Source: Candidatus Latescibacterota bacterium (lineage in GTDB: Bacteria > Latescibacterota > UBA2968 > GCA-2709665). Taken from it: DNA of 64,000 nucleotides. The stretch lies in the NCBI GenBank assembly GCA_965203805.1, contig OZ241917.1, forward strand, positions 960,001 to 1,024,000, given 5' to 3'. The position numbers were made by a program, and so were the translations under genes. A model generated the notes under the pieces. That model saw nothing but the letters and a program-made list of their open reading frames with translations, did not search any database and was not told the DNA's origin. Positions 17,202-28,430 of the stretch are shown here, one piece after another (the first letter of the stretch is position 1; every line of letters begins with the position of its first letter).

Positions 17202-18002
17202 TCAGCCCAGTTGCAGCGCTCGCCACCGGTCGTACGCCGGGCGCATCCGTTCCGGCAGGAATTCGCGCACGTTGTCCGCCAGCATCCACTTCACGCGCCC
17301 GTCTGTCTCCTGGGGCTCTTCGTCGGGATCGTGTTTCTGCCAGCTCCCCGCCAGCGTCAATCTCTCGGGCGTTGTATTGTAAATTCCCCGATGGACCGTA
17401 TGGCCATTCCAGAAAATCGACTGACCCGCTTTCAGGTGCATCACTGCCTGCGTCGAAATGTCAGCGTGCCGATTCTTCAGCAGCCGGTCCCGCTCCTCAT
17501 CGGTCCGGTACCTTCTGTGGCTGCCCGGCACCAGTTGCAGGCAGGAATCGTCGACCAGCGCCAGGTGCCACTTCAAGGACGCCAGCGGCCGGTTGAGGAT
17601 TTCCATCTCCACCTCGTAGGTCCCGTCACGCTCGTTCTTTCCGAAATCCCGGTGCCAGCCACCGCTCCAGTCCTCCTCGTCGGGCGACGTAAAGATGAGC
17701 ACTCCGCCCAATCGCAATTCGCTGCCCAGAAGCGGCTCCACGTATTGCATCACGTGTTGCGACGCCAGGTAATCCGCAAAAACCGGTTCGTTGAATTCCG
17801 GAGCGAACAGGCCCCTGATCGCCCACGGCTCACCGCTCGGGGTACGGTGCGTGAAAATATCCACGTCGCCGGAGCGCGCTTTGGCTTTGACGCGCCGCGT
17901 CGCTTCCAGAAGCGGCGCCATCATATCCGGATCGACCGCATCGTCCACGATAAAGTAACCCTGAGTCTGGTACTGATCCTTTACCTCCGCCAAATCCACC
18001 AT
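17202..18002 (-). CDS. Phytanoyl-CoA dioxygenase (PhyH) family Fe/2OG enzyme
   Basis: WHRD, LQLVPGSHR, HRG triad; GGAGGA RBS. Confidence 0.92.
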   Translation of the reverse strand: MVDLAEVKDQYQTQGYFIVDDAVDPDMMAPLLEATRRVKAKARSGDVDIFTHRTPSGEPWAIRGLFAPEFNEPVFADYLASQHVMQYVEPLLGSELRLGGVLIFTSPDEEDWSGGWHRDFGKNERDGTYEVEMEILNRPLASLKWHLALVDDSCLQLVPGSHRRYRTDEERDRLLKNRHADISTQAVMHLKAGQSIFWNGHTVHRGIYNTTPERLTLAGSWQKHDPDEEPQETDGRVKWMLADNVREFLPERMRPAYDRWRALQLG

Positions 18003-18117
18003 ACCTATCCTCCAATCCTGGTCCAATGACGTTCACCCTGGGAACTTGAACCGAGAGGCGAGAGCGTGAGTCCGGATTGCGTACAACCCGGCGGCGAACG
18101 ATGCCTCGCAGCGGAAA

Positions 18118-21100
18118 TCACCACTCCTTTTTCCAGAAAATTCCGAGCGATTTGCGATCCCGCTCACGTTCGTTGCCCTCTCGCTGCTGTGCCTCCAGCG
18201 TCACTTGCGGCAACAGTTCGTACTCGACCACGACTTCCCGCCCCCTTGCCTCGGAAACGTCCTGCGCATAGCTGACAAAGAACCGGGAACCGAAATACTT
18301 ACCGGCCCGTACCCGGGTTGCGGAGTTTCCCCTGCCCAGGTCGATTTCCACAACGTCAAGGTTCAATCGTCTGCCGATGGAGCGTTTCAGCTGGTTCGCC
18401 GCGACGCCAAGTACAAGAACCGCGGCCCGGCCCTCCAGCCGGCTCCCGACGCCCCCTTCCCCGCCCATCAGACCGGAAACGTCGTCGGTCGGCCTTCCGA
18501 TCAGCAGGTACGAGAGGATATCGGATTCGTCAAGGGGCGGCGTAGTATCACTTTCAAGGGAAATACTGGGTTCCATCAGCGTCCCGCCCACAACAACGCT
18601 GATAACCGCGTTTTCATTGGAAACCAGCCTGATCCTGCGTGTTGCTATGATGTAAAGATCGGGGTTGATATCCGAACTGCCGCGGAAGTTGATCTCGCCA
18701 CGGTCGATTGCGAAACCGGTATTCTGAAACTCGTACCGGCCCTGTCTGCTATCGAGAGAGCCGTAGACCCGGATTCCCCCTTTGTCCTTGATCAGATCCA
18801 CGTCCCCGGAAATCTCGACGTTTAATTCCCTGTCCCGGATCCACACGTTTCGTGAGGCCGATACCCGGACGGCGCAGTTCAGATTTCGAAAGAGCGGCGA
18901 CGACATCCAGCCGATGTCTGTGGGGTATTCGATAAAATCGGACAGCCGGAGTACGGCGCGGGACAGAGCCACCCTGCCATCCATGCGCCCCGCCTCCGGG
19001 TTCCCCTTCAGTTGAAGGTCGGCATTGAGTGTGGCTTTCAACGAAGTCAGGTCAACCGCCTCGAACTCGTCTGCTTTCAATGAAAAGTCATAACGCTCCA
19101 CGTCAAACTGGTTTAACGTCACGTCGCCCTTTAGCGCAACCCGTGTCTTCTCCCGGCCGGTTTCGAAGCGGTCGAGGACGATCCGTTTCCCGTCAAAGTT
19201 CAGATCCGCTTCTACGTTTTCGAACGTCGTATTCAGAGGCACGATTCGCGCCTTTCCATCACGCAGCTTAAGCCATCCGTGCCGGAGAAGCCGCTGCGAT
19301 GTGCCCTTCACGGTCAGGTCGACCTCCAGAGATCCCTCCGCATCCTGGACTGCGCTGAGAATCCCGGGAAGAAAGTTCAGATCGATTCCGCCTGACTTGA
19401 GCGATACCTCTACAGGACCCCGGGGAAACAGATCCCTCCACCCGCCTGACATCGGGTCCAGCGGAAAATGACCCTTCGTGGCGGCCTCCCTGCCGGGGGA
19501 CTGCACCAGTTTCAGGTCCACGGTGGCACGCTTGCTCCGATACCCCAGCGTTCCCGAGACTTCCTTCAACCCGACACCTGCAAAGACAGCATCCCGAAGC
19601 GCCAGCTCTGACTTCACGCGGGGATCGTCCAGCCTGCCGGACAGCGCGATTTTCCCTGTAAACATCCCGCTCAACTCGCCCGCCATCCCCAGAAGACCCG
19701 ACCATATCTTCAGGTCCACATCGCTCAGGGTCACGCCCACGCCGTCTGCCTGCCCGCTGTGTCCGTGCGCCAGAATGGCGCCACCGTCCCCCGCCAGCCG
19801 GAAATGCTCCACATTGACGGCGCCTTCGCGCCGATACGTCACTCTTGACCAGCCATCGCTGGACATGGTTACACCGCCCACCCCGACCGACAGGGAATCC
19901 AGTTCAAGGACGTATTCAGCGTCAGCCCACCGGGCCCGGCCCCTGGCGTGCAGTTGATCGATCTCGTCCGGACGGCTGCCCAGCGTGAAGGATATCCCTT
20001 CCTGATTCAGCCCCACGTCCACTGCCAGGTCGTGGACCGTGCGCCCACCCCACACAAGGGAATCCGCGCGGACCATCAGATCCCCCTGCGACAGTTGCGA
20101 ACCCGTCACCCCGAGTTTGACCCCCCGGATCGGGACACCTCTGAAATTCAAGCTGTCTGCCAGCAGATCCACCTCGGCAAGGGGTTTCGTCCACGTGCCG
20201 GCAATGCGCGCCGCAAATGAAGCCGGCGTGCCGGTCAATCCCGGTCCCACGATGTCGTCAAGCACTCTGAAATCGCCGACCCGCCCCTTCGCCCGGAGGT
20301 CCAGGCTGTCGCCCGGCGCGACCCAACCGGCGCCTTCCACGTGCGCCCGCGTACCGGTCAGGAACAACCGATCCACGGTCGTCCGGCGACCCCGCTGTAC
20401 CAGGCTCGCCCTTGCGCTATCCAGTCTTCCTCCAAGAAACCGCGACGCTTCCAAGATCACGTCCGCGTTGGCCCGTGCCGAATCCGGGTGAAATCCCTCT
20501 CCGTCCAGTCCGATCTGCAATGACACGTCTTCCAGGAGATCTGGGCGACCCAGAAGCCGATCCGTCGCCAGACCGTCCACCCGCACGCCCGCGCGGTAGG
20601 AGGGCTGTCGTCCGCCGGGGTTCCAGAATTGTCCCAGATCGATCCTGGCGTGTCCCCTGACCATGCCGTATCCGTCCGACAGCCGCACGCCTATTGTGTC
20701 GAGAATCACAATTCCCCGCCGTAATGATCCGCGAAGAGAGAGTCCTGTTGCGCGAGGCAAACCCTCGATATTCAAGACGTCGATACCCGCTTCACCCCGC
20801 CAGACCTCATCGCCCGTCCGCCTCAGCCGTACCTCACCCGTGAGATCGGTGACCCTCGGGAGACGCCATGGCAGCGCGGTCAGGTCCACGTGCACCAGGT
20901 GTGTTGTCAATTCATAGCCCTGCGCCGCCCCGATCCGGTCTACCAGCAGTTTGGCCGTCACCCCCCCGGCCTCCCCCTCGGCCTTCACGTCCATCTGGAG
21001 TCTTCCGTTGGCCAATGAAGCGAGGAGGTTCGCCGTATCGACGACTGCGCCGTACAGTTGCGCGCGGGCGATGCCCCCGCTGACGTTCAAGTCCGCCGTC

Positions 21101-22173
21101 AACGGATCCACACCGCGTCCTCTGAGATGAACGGTCGCGTCAAAACGGGCGTCCGCGCCCAACGTCGGGGCGACCCGCATCAGGTCGATTCCCGTGGCGG
21201 TCGCGCGGACATCATAGGCGACGTCCGCCCGCGAGAAGTCGAGATGACCGGCAATGACGCAGGCGGACGACCCGTCGTCGAGGTTCAGGTCCACGCTCGC
21301 ACGGGTCGCGTCACCCCACACCCTGCCGCCTGCCGACAGACTTCCCGTTGGGTAGGACCCGGGAAGAATACGGCCGATCTCGTCATACGCGAGAGAATCC
21401 GCATGCAGCACGAAGTCGTACACCGGTCGGGAAAGGCCGGTCACCGATCCGTCGACGAGAAGGTGCGAAGCCGCCGTCTGCAGGCGGATCCCTTTCAGGG
21501 TCAGCCTTCCATCGGCAAGCAGTGTCAGACCGGAAAGATCTCTGATGACGAGGGGAGGCTCTAAGATAACGGACCGGAAACGGCGAAGCGCCAGTTCGTA
21601 TCCCGCTGGCCCTGCCTGGAACCCCAGGACCAGATTCAGGCTGTCGACCCTTCCGGAAGCGGCCGCGTCGATCCGGCCGTCCACGACCTCCGCGTGGCGG
21701 ATGCGTATCTCCCGCATCGGGCCCCGTTTCCACCAATTCGGGTCCGACTCGGGCAACAGGCGTACCGCGGAATCCGCGACGGCCGCGCCTTCCGGGAGTC
21801 GGACCCTCGGGGCTACCATCACGAGGCTATCGACAATTGCCGCGCCCATCAGCAGCGTCGTCGGCCGATAGCGGGCTTCCAACGCGTCCACAACCAGGAG
21901 AGGCGCATGTTGTGCGCCGAGCCGCACCCTTTCCATCCGGAAGCCCTTCAAGGGATTGCCCCGCAGGACGCCGATATCGACGGCCGCGCCGAGGTCCCTG
22001 CTGAGCCGCTCCTGCAGATACGTACGCAGGTACGGGTTCGCGCGTCCGGATGCCAGCGCGAGGAGACCGAGTCCGACGACCCCGACCATGACGGCCGCAA
22101 ATGGAACGGTTATTTTAACGATGCGTCTCAAGAGGTCCCTGTCTGGCGGGTTGAACCAGCGAATTTGATGCAT
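18118..22173 (-). CDS. tamB: Translocation and assembly module TamB
   Basis: N-terminal TM anchor, long beta-taco repeats, C-terminal DUF490 (DILSYLLIG, AGKYFGSRFFVSY); follows an Omp85 gene. Confidence 0.9.
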   Translation of the reverse strand: MHQIRWFNPPDRDLLRRIVKITVPFAAVMVGVVGLGLLALASGRANPYLRTYLQERLSRDLGAAVDIGVLRGNPLKGFRMERVRLGAQHAPLLVVDALEARYRPTTLLMGAAIVDSLVMVAPRVRLPEGAAVADSAVRLLPESDPNWWKRGPMREIRIRHAEVVDGRIDAAASGRVDSLNLVLGFQAGPAGYELALRRFRSVILEPPLVIRDLSGLTLLADGRLTLKGIRLQTAASHLLVDGSVTGLSRPVYDFVLHADSLAYDEIGRILPGSYPTGSLSAGGRVWGDATRASVDLNLDDGSSACVIAGHLDFSRADVAYDVRATATGIDLMRVAPTLGADARFDATVHLRGRGVDPLTADLNVSGGIARAQLYGAVVDTANLLASLANGRLQMDVKAEGEAGGVTAKLLVDRIGAAQGYELTTHLVHVDLTALPWRLPRVTDLTGEVRLRRTGDEVWRGEAGIDVLNIEGLPRATGLSLRGSLRRGIVILDTIGVRLSDGYGMVRGHARIDLGQFWNPGGRQPSYRAGVRVDGLATDRLLGRPDLLEDVSLQIGLDGEGFHPDSARANADVILEASRFLGGRLDSARASLVQRGRRTTVDRLFLTGTRAHVEGAGWVAPGDSLDLRAKGRVGDFRVLDDIVGPGLTGTPASFAARIAGTWTKPLAEVDLLADSLNFRGVPIRGVKLGVTGSQLSQGDLMVRADSLVWGGRTVHDLAVDVGLNQEGISFTLGSRPDEIDQLHARGRARWADAEYVLELDSLSVGVGGVTMSSDGWSRVTYRREGAVNVEHFRLAGDGGAILAHGHSGQADGVGVTLSDVDLKIWSGLLGMAGELSGMFTGKIALSGRLDDPRVKSELALRDAVFAGVGLKEVSGTLGYRSKRATVDLKLVQSPGREAATKGHFPLDPMSGGWRDLFPRGPVEVSLKSGGIDLNFLPGILSAVQDAEGSLEVDLTVKGTSQRLLRHGWLKLRDGKARIVPLNTTFENVEADLNFDGKRIVLDRFETGREKTRVALKGDVTLNQFDVERYDFSLKADEFEAVDLTSLKATLNADLQLKGNPEAGRMDGRVALSRAVLRLSDFIEYPTDIGWMSSPLFRNLNCAVRVSASRNVWIRDRELNVEISGDVDLIKDKGGIRVYGSLDSRQGRYEFQNTGFAIDRGEINFRGSSDINPDLYIIATRRIRLVSNENAVISVVVGGTLMEPSISLESDTTPPLDESDILSYLLIGRPTDDVSGLMGGEGGVGSRLEGRAAVLVLGVAANQLKRSIGRRLNLDVVEIDLGRGNSATRVRAGKYFGSRFFVSYAQDVSEARGREVVVEYELLPQVTLEAQQREGNERERDRKSLGIFWKKEW

Positions 22174-22255
22174 CCTGGAAATCCGGCGTCAAATCGCCTT
22201 TGTCAACTTGCGTAACTTCGATTTAACGTCGCCGAAGCATGACGGACGAATCAAG
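22168..22255. repeat. Dispersed ~85-bp structured repeat, copy 1 (fills the tamA-tamB spacer)
   Basis: About 71 of 84 aligned positions identical to 28431-28514. Confidence 0.85.
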
Positions 22256-22256
22256 G

Positions 22257-24119
22257 CTAAAACGCCTGTCCAAGGCTGAAATGGACCTGCCGAACGGGCT
22301 GGGACGGATCGTCGGAAAGACGGTACGCGACGTCGAGCCGGGCCGGGCTGATGGGATTCAGGTAACGCAATCCGATACCGGCTGCCACATGCAGACGACC
22401 TGGATCGAAGGCTCGGAACCGGTCGGTCTCCACGTTTCCCGCATCCACGAACAGGGCCATCCCCACCCCCGACATCAGCCGGGTACGGACTTCGACGCTT
22501 CCTTCCAGATTGCTCAGCCCGCCCAGCGGTAAGTCGGACGGTCCCCGTGGACCCAGCCTGTTCAGCTTCCACCCGCGCACGCTGCCTGAGCCACCCGCGA
22601 AAAACCGCTCGAAATTCGGAATTGACGCCAGCGTTTTCCGACTGAGAATCGTCCCACCCGACACCCTGAGCGCGAGCACGCTCTTCCAGAATATCTTTCG
22701 GTACCATCGACACTCGCCCGACACTTTGAGGAAGTCTCTGCCGCTGGAGGCCTTCACCGCAAGTTCGGCCAGCAGGCCCCGTGTCGGGTCGAAGAAGTCG
22801 TCCCGTCTATCTTCCAGGTATTCTAAGGAGAGCGACGTACGGGTGCTGTCCAGCTCGAATTCAAGGACTTCAGTCCTCACCTCAAAGACGACTCGTCCGG
22901 TCGCCCTGAAAGTCCGTTCCAGCGCCGCGCTGGCGCCGCCCCGCTTCACACGGATCTCCTCGGGCCGTTCCTGCTCCGCGAACCCCGTCATCTCCAGCCA
23001 TGTCCTGCTCCCGAGTATGTACGGCTGTCTCACGCCGACGCTTGCCCTCGCCTCGAGCGACGATGCTGAAGATTCGACGGTCAACTGGCGCGCGCCGCCA
23101 CCCAGAAAACTCCGGTGCCGCCAGGACAGCGAACCCCTCAACCGTTCTTCGGTGTCGTACCCCGCCCCCAGTTTCAGGCTCCGCGGCGGCCGTTCCCTCA
23201 CGACAATGGCCACGTTCACCGGACTCGCGCGGGCAACCGTGTCGGGAATGGCAAGCGAAACGGCCCGGAACGCCTCCGACCGATAGAGTTGGAGCCGGCT
23301 GTTCGACAGATCCTTCTTCCTGTAGCCGTCTCCTGTCCTGAAAGTCAGCCCCCGCAGAATCAGATCGTCCGAAACCGTGCGGTTTCCCACGATCCGTATC
23401 TGTCCAAACCGGCATTCCGGCCCCGGCGACACCCGATACGTTACGTCTGCCCGCTTGTTACGAACCGCGACATCCGCGGCGACCTGTGCGAAGGCGTGGC
23501 CGTCGTTCTCAAGCAATTCAGCGATTTTTCTCTGATCCGACTCCCGGCCCGATCGGGTCAGCGGCCGGCCCCGTCGGGTGACCAGCGCATCCATCAGACG
23601 CACGCTGTCCCGGCCCGCATCCGCCGGCAGAAACGCCAGCCTGACGTTGGATACGACAACAGGCTCACCTTCTTCGATCCCTATGCGGATGCGGACAAAA
23701 CCGGGTCGGTACCGGTCGACGACAGTGTCCACAACGGCTTCAAAATAGCCCAGTTCCCGGTATCGCGTCAGAATCCTTTCGACATCGGATCGAAACACGG
23801 AAGGATCGAACCACCGCACGTCGACACCCGGGAAAACCTCGTACCAGGGGTTCGCGCGGGTGAACATCAGCAGCTTGAGATCTCTGCCGGAAATCGCGCG
23901 ATTACCTTCGAACGCAACAGCGTCGACGACGGTGGAATCCGTATCCTGTGCGGAGAGGGCACCGGGAAGAACGAAACAGACCATGACGGCGACGATTCTG
24001 AAGAGAATCAAGCCTCTCCTTCCTATTCGGACGCTTATTGGAACTGAACTGCGGCGCGGCATCTGGCGACCTGGGCCGGATTGCACCTTCGACCGCGTCG
24101 TCCCGCCGCTGCCCTCCAT
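22257..24119 (-). CDS. tamA: TamA/BamA-family Omp85 outer-membrane protein (start uncertain, probably 24062 or later)
   Basis: POTRA repeats, RFFAGGSGSVRGW lid motif, GIGLRY, C-terminal FSLGQAF. Confidence 0.9.
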   Translation of the reverse strand: MEGSGGTTRSKVQSGPGRQMPRRSSVPISVRIGRRGLILFRIVAVMVCFVLPGALSAQDTDSTVVDAVAFEGNRAISGRDLKLLMFTRANPWYEVFPGVDVRWFDPSVFRSDVERILTRYRELGYFEAVVDTVVDRYRPGFVRIRIGIEEGEPVVVSNVRLAFLPADAGRDSVRLMDALVTRRGRPLTRSGRESDQRKIAELLENDGHAFAQVAADVAVRNKRADVTYRVSPGPECRFGQIRIVGNRTVSDDLILRGLTFRTGDGYRKKDLSNSRLQLYRSEAFRAVSLAIPDTVARASPVNVAIVVRERPPRSLKLGAGYDTEERLRGSLSWRHRSFLGGGARQLTVESSASSLEARASVGVRQPYILGSRTWLEMTGFAEQERPEEIRVKRGGASAALERTFRATGRVVFEVRTEVLEFELDSTRTSLSLEYLEDRRDDFFDPTRGLLAELAVKASSGRDFLKVSGECRWYRKIFWKSVLALRVSGGTILSRKTLASIPNFERFFAGGSGSVRGWKLNRLGPRGPSDLPLGGLSNLEGSVEVRTRLMSGVGMALFVDAGNVETDRFRAFDPGRLHVAAGIGLRYLNPISPARLDVAYRLSDDPSQPVRQVHFSLGQAF

Positions 24120-24311
24120 CGCGCTTTCCGGCGGAACCCGGCCGATCGCGGACTCTTCCTTTGACGCCCGCCCATCCCGTCGGTTTCAGATCTCCGTCTC
24201 TCAGCGGAAGATAGGTATCCACTGCGTGTGCACAAGGGATTTCTGTCTTGCAGGCAATATGGACCGGACCCCGGTGATCGCGTTCGAGAGCGGGACCGGC
24301 AAAATGGGTTC

Positions 24312-24342
24312 GGCCCCTTTTTCCGATGTGGAAAAAGGGGCC
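24312..24342 (-). terminator. Hairpin downstream of clpB
   Basis: GGCCCCTTTTTCC-GATGT-GGAAAAAGGGGCC perfect 13-bp stem. Confidence 0.65.
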
Positions 24343-24365
24343 TGAGACAGTGCCGGGATGCGCGC

Positions 24366-26996
24366 TCATCCGCCAGCGACCGGCGCTTCGGCCGGCGGGT
24401 TGTCAGGGTGGAGGACAAGCTCGCCCTTCTCCGCGTCCACCCGGACCCGCGCGCCGTCGCAGATATCGCCGCCAATCAGCCCTCTGCCGATTCTCGTCTC
24501 CAGTTCTCGTTGCAGGTACCGTCTGAGCGGGCGGGCGCCGTAGACGGGATCGAACCCGTCGCGGGCGACGAATTCGCGCGCGCTGTCGGTAATCTCCAAG
24601 TCGATCCGCCTGTCCTCCAGGCGTTTTCGGATGTCTGCGATCAACAGATCGACAATCTTTCCGATTTCGTCCCGGGTCAGGGCCTTGAAAAGGACGACGT
24701 CGTCGACCCGATTGAGAAACTCGGGCCTGAAGTGGCGGCCCATCTCATCCATCACCGCCGTACGGGCTTCGTCGCGGATTTCCCCGCTATCCGTCGCGCG
24801 ATCCAGCATATGGGGCGCGCCGATGTTGGAGGTCATGATAATCACCGTGTTCTTGAAGTCCACGGTCCGCCCCTGCGCGTCGGTCAGACGCCCGTCTTCG
24901 AGGATCTGCAGCAACGCGTTGAACACGTCGTTGTGTGCCTTCTCAATTTCGTCGAACAGGACCACCGAGTAGGGTTTTCTGCGAACCGCCTCGGTCAGCT
25001 GTCCCCCATCCTCGTACCCCACGTAACCGGGAGGCGCGCCCACAAGACGGGAAACCGAATGCCTCTCCATGTATTCGCTCATATCGATCCGGACCATATT
25101 GTCCTCGGCGTCGAACAGCGTTTCCGCGAGGGCCCTCGCCAGTTCGGTCTTGCCGACACCCGTGGGGCCCAAAAAGATAAACGAGCCGATGGGCCGGCGC
25201 GGGTCCTTGATCCCCGCCCGGGCACGGATCACGGCGTCGGCCACCAGCGACACGGCCTCGTCCTGCCCCACGACGCGCCGGTGCAGAATCTCGTCGAGCC
25301 TGAGGAGCTTCTCGCGTTCGCCTTCAACCAGCCTCGTCACGGGGATCCCGGTCCAGCGCGAAACGATCTCCGCGATCTCCTCCCCTGTCACTTCTTCGCG
25401 AAGCATCCGGCCGTTCCCCCGCGACCGCGCCTCCGCGGCCGAGAGCTTCTGCTCCAGTTCCGGAAGCCGCCCGTGATTCAACTCCGCCAGCCGGTTGAGA
25501 TCGTACTTCCGTTCGGCGTCTTCGATCTCGCGCCTCACCGATTCGATCTGTTCGCGAAGGGTGCGAACCGCGTCGATGACTTCCTTCTCGGATTCCCACT
25601 GAGCCCGCATCGCGCCGGCCTGCGCCTTCAGATCGGCCAGTTCCTTGCGAAGGTCCTCAAGTCGCTGTGCGCTTCCCCTGTCCGACTCTTTCGTCAGCGC
25701 TGCCTCTTCGATCTCGAGCCGCATCACCCTCCGGGTGACCTCGTCCAGGCCGGCGGGCATGGAATCGATTTCGGTTCGGATCATCGCGCAGGCCTCGTCC
25801 ACGAGGTCGATCGCCTTATCGGGCAGAAACCGGTCCGATACGTACCGGTTGGAGAGCACCGCCGCACTCACGAGCGCGTTGTCCTGAATCCGCACCCCAT
25901 GGTGCAACTCGTACCTTTCGCGAAGTCCCCTGAGGATAGAAATCGTGTCCTCTACCGTGGGCGCATCCACTGTTACGGGCTGGAACCGCCGTTCCAGGGC
26001 GGCGTCCTTTTCGATATGCCTCCGGTATTCGTCCAGCGTGGTCGCACCGATACAGTGCAGTTCGCCGCGCGCCAGCATCGGCTTGAGCATATTTCCCGCG
26101 TCCGCCGACCCTTCGGTACGTCCCGCGCCGACGATGTTGTGGACCTCGTCGATAAACAACAGAATGCGGCCCTCGCTCTGCGCAATCTCGTTCAGGACCG
26201 CCTTGAGCCGCTCTTCGAACTCGCCGCGGAATTTCGCACCGGCCAGCAGCGCGCCCATATCGAGCGAAAACACCACACGCTCCTTCATCCACTCCGGGAC
26301 GTCACCCTTTACGATCCGCTGCGCGAGTCCTTCGACGACCGCGGTCTTCCCCACGCCGGGCTCCCCGATCAGGACCGGGTTGTTCTTCGTTTTCCGGGAG
26401 AGGATGCGCACGAGTCTCCTGATTTCCGCGTCCCGGCCGATCACCGGATCCAGCTTGCCCTCGCGGGCCTGTGAGACCAGGTCCTCGCCGTACTTCTCAA
26501 GCGCATCGTACGTATCTTCAGGTTCCGGGCCGGTCACCCGCTGATTCCCGCGCACGCGGGTCAACGCATCGAGAAACGCCTCCCTGGTGGCCCCCTTCTC
26601 GTGCAGAATCCGGCCAGCCTGCGTATCGGGTCCTTCGCCCAGCAACGCCAGCGCCAGGTGTTCCACGGAAACGTACTCGTCCTTCAGCCGCCCGGCCTCG
26701 TCCTCCGCCCGCTGGATCAGTTGTTGGAAACGCTGCGTCACGTAAACACGTCCGGGTTCCGCGGGACCTCCGGTCTGCCGGGGCCTTCCGCCGAGTTCGC
26801 GCTCCAGATCCGCTTTCAGGCCTTCCGCGTCGATCTCCATTCGCGTAAGGATTCGCGGAATCAATCCGTCCGGCTGTGCCACCAGCGCGAGGAGCAGGTG
26901 TTCGCCGTCCACCTCGACGTGCCCGTACCGGGTAGAAGCCGCCTGCGCGTCCCGAATCGCCTCCTGTGATTTCTGTGTGAGTCTGTTCATATCCAT
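24366..26996 (-). CDS. clpB: ATP-dependent chaperone ClpB
   Basis: Two AAA+ modules ([16 protein letters not shown]), long M-domain coiled coil, GYVG loop; AAGGAGG RBS. Confidence 0.98.
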   Translation of the reverse strand: MDMNRLTQKSQEAIRDAQAASTRYGHVEVDGEHLLLALVAQPDGLIPRILTRMEIDAEGLKADLERELGGRPRQTGGPAEPGRVYVTQRFQQLIQRAEDEAGRLKDEYVSVEHLALALLGEGPDTQAGRILHEKGATREAFLDALTRVRGNQRVTGPEPEDTYDALEKYGEDLVSQAREGKLDPVIGRDAEIRRLVRILSRKTKNNPVLIGEPGVGKTAVVEGLAQRIVKGDVPEWMKERVVFSLDMGALLAGAKFRGEFEERLKAVLNEIAQSEGRILLFIDEVHNIVGAGRTEGSADAGNMLKPMLARGELHCIGATTLDEYRRHIEKDAALERRFQPVTVDAPTVEDTISILRGLRERYELHHGVRIQDNALVSAAVLSNRYVSDRFLPDKAIDLVDEACAMIRTEIDSMPAGLDEVTRRVMRLEIEEAALTKESDRGSAQRLEDLRKELADLKAQAGAMRAQWESEKEVIDAVRTLREQIESVRREIEDAERKYDLNRLAELNHGRLPELEQKLSAAEARSRGNGRMLREEVTGEEIAEIVSRWTGIPVTRLVEGEREKLLRLDEILHRRVVGQDEAVSLVADAVIRARAGIKDPRRPIGSFIFLGPTGVGKTELARALAETLFDAEDNMVRIDMSEYMERHSVSRLVGAPPGYVGYEDGGQLTEAVRRKPYSVVLFDEIEKAHNDVFNALLQILEDGRLTDAQGRTVDFKNTVIIMTSNIGAPHMLDRATDSGEIRDEARTAVMDEMGRHFRPEFLNRVDDVVLFKALTRDEIGKIVDLLIADIRKRLEDRRIDLEITDSAREFVARDGFDPVYGARPLRRYLQRELETRIGRGLIGGDICDGARVRVDAEKGELVLHPDNPPAEAPVAGG

Positions 26997-27210
26997 CGTA
27001 GACCTCCTTTTTTTAAAAAATGTGGAATCCGCAGCCGCGCACGGCGTGACGCTGCCGAGGGTTGCAGTCCGTTCCATTTTGCCAATAATCGTATCGAAAC
27101 CGCTACTCAGCCGGTTCAGGAGTCCCGTCTACTTGCGGCGCGAATCTACTGCGTCGATCAGGTTACGAGAACAACGCCGATACCGAAACACAGTCACGAC
27201 TCACAATACC

Positions 27211-27227
27211 CGCAATGTTCGTGCCAG
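27211..27227 (-). promoter_or_regulatory. Sigma-54 (-24/-12) promoter upstream of clpB
   Basis: CTGGCACGAACATTGCG matches TGGCACG-N4-TTGC. Confidence 0.75.
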
Positions 27228-27332
27228 AATTACATTCGAGCGGATGTGAATTGCGGTTGAACTCGACCCGTTCATCGCATATCTTTGCGGATCGCATCCT
27301 ACCGTCCGTCATGCCGCGTTGAGGAACGCCGG

Positions 27333-28166
27333 ATGAAACCCGATTCAGAGGCCCTTGCCGTATTCGCTCCCGATCTCTTCGCCGGCCGGACCGCGCTCGT
27401 AACCGGCGGCGGCAGGGGAATCGGCCGTAGAATCGCCCTCGCGTTTGCGCGGTTGGGGGCGCGCGTTGTGATTGCCGGCCGGAATCCCGAAACGCTCACG
27501 TCCACCGCAGGCGAGATCACCGGCGCAGGCGCGCGATGCCTGGCCCTGCCCGTCAATATCCGTGAAACCGGACAGGTCGAAGCGCTCGTCTCCAGGGCGG
27601 TGGACGAATTCGGCGCGATCGACTTCCTGGTCAACAACGCAGGAGGTCAGTTCCCCGCGCGTCCGTCGGAGATCACCGACAGGGGCTGGCGCGCGGTGGT
27701 CGATCTGAACCTCAACGGCACCTGGAACATGTGCAGCCGTATCGGGCCTCACATGGTCGGAAATCGCTTCGGATCGATCGTGAATATCGTCCACATATAT
27801 GCACTCGATCGGGGCGCGCCGCCTTTTGCCCACTCCGGCGCGGCGCGGGCGGGCGTGGTCAACCTGACCAGAACCCTGGGCCACGACTATGCAGGCCGCA
27901 ACGTGAGGGTCAACGCCGTGGCTCCGGGATTTGTGGACACCGCCGGCCTTCGGGAGCATGAATTCAAACCCCTCCAGCACAAAGACTTCGAAACCATGGC
28001 CCTGCGGGATGTCCCCGCGGGCCGGTTCGCGGACCCCGACGAAGTGGCGGCGATCACGCTCTTCCTGTGTTCTCCGGCCGCGGCATACGTCACCGGCACG
28101 ACGATCGTCGCCGACGGCGCACTGTCTCTGGGCGGCTGGACCCCGTGGATGGCCCCGGAACCGTAG
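27333..28166 (+). CDS. SDR oxidoreductase, PECR/AtuB-like
   Basis: TGGGRGIG, NNAGGQF, HSGAARAG, VNAVAPG. Confidence 0.9.
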   Translation: MKPDSEALAVFAPDLFAGRTALVTGGGRGIGRRIALAFARLGARVVIAGRNPETLTSTAGEITGAGARCLALPVNIRETGQVEALVSRAVDEFGAIDFLVNNAGGQFPARPSEITDRGWRAVVDLNLNGTWNMCSRIGPHMVGNRFGSIVNIVHIYALDRGAPPFAHSGAARAGVVNLTRTLGHDYAGRNVRVNAVAPGFVDTAGLREHEFKPLQHKDFETMALRDVPAGRFADPDEVAAITLFLCSPAAAYVTGTTIVADGALSLGGWTPWMAPEP

Positions 28167-28177
28167 CGGTTTTGAGG

Positions 28178-28219
28178 AAAAACAAAAGCGGCCGGGAGTT
28201 TCCCGACCGCGTTTGTTTT
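28178..28219 (+). terminator. Intrinsic (bidirectional) terminator
   Basis: AAAACAAAAGCGGCCGGGA-GTT-TCCCGACCGCGTTTGTTTT. Confidence 0.8.
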
Positions 28220-28430
28220 CGGTTCTTGTCGATTATCTGTCATTTTGCATATAATGCCAAATTGGCATATAATGGCGATAACCGCTGTCGATCCCGTCTC
28301 TCGATCCGCTTAAGCCATATTCAACCTTAAATCGAAAAAAGCAGCAGCGCGGCGCCGCGACGAAACCCTCCGAAACGAGCCGAAAAGGTCGTCCGAAGGG
28401 ACATAATTTCCGTTCACGTCCAATGACCTT

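Noticed and set aside
22168-22255. Repeat as an integron attC site (contains ATTTAAC)
   Set aside because: RYYYAAC/GTTRRRY boxes are not in attC order; no integrase or cassette array
24228-26474. 748-aa plus-strand ORF
   Set aside because: Antisense shadow of clpB; no motifs; expected in high-GC DNA
28262-28277. Sigma-54 promoter TTGGCATATAATGGCG
   Set aside because: GG-to-GC spacing is 9 rather than 10 nt
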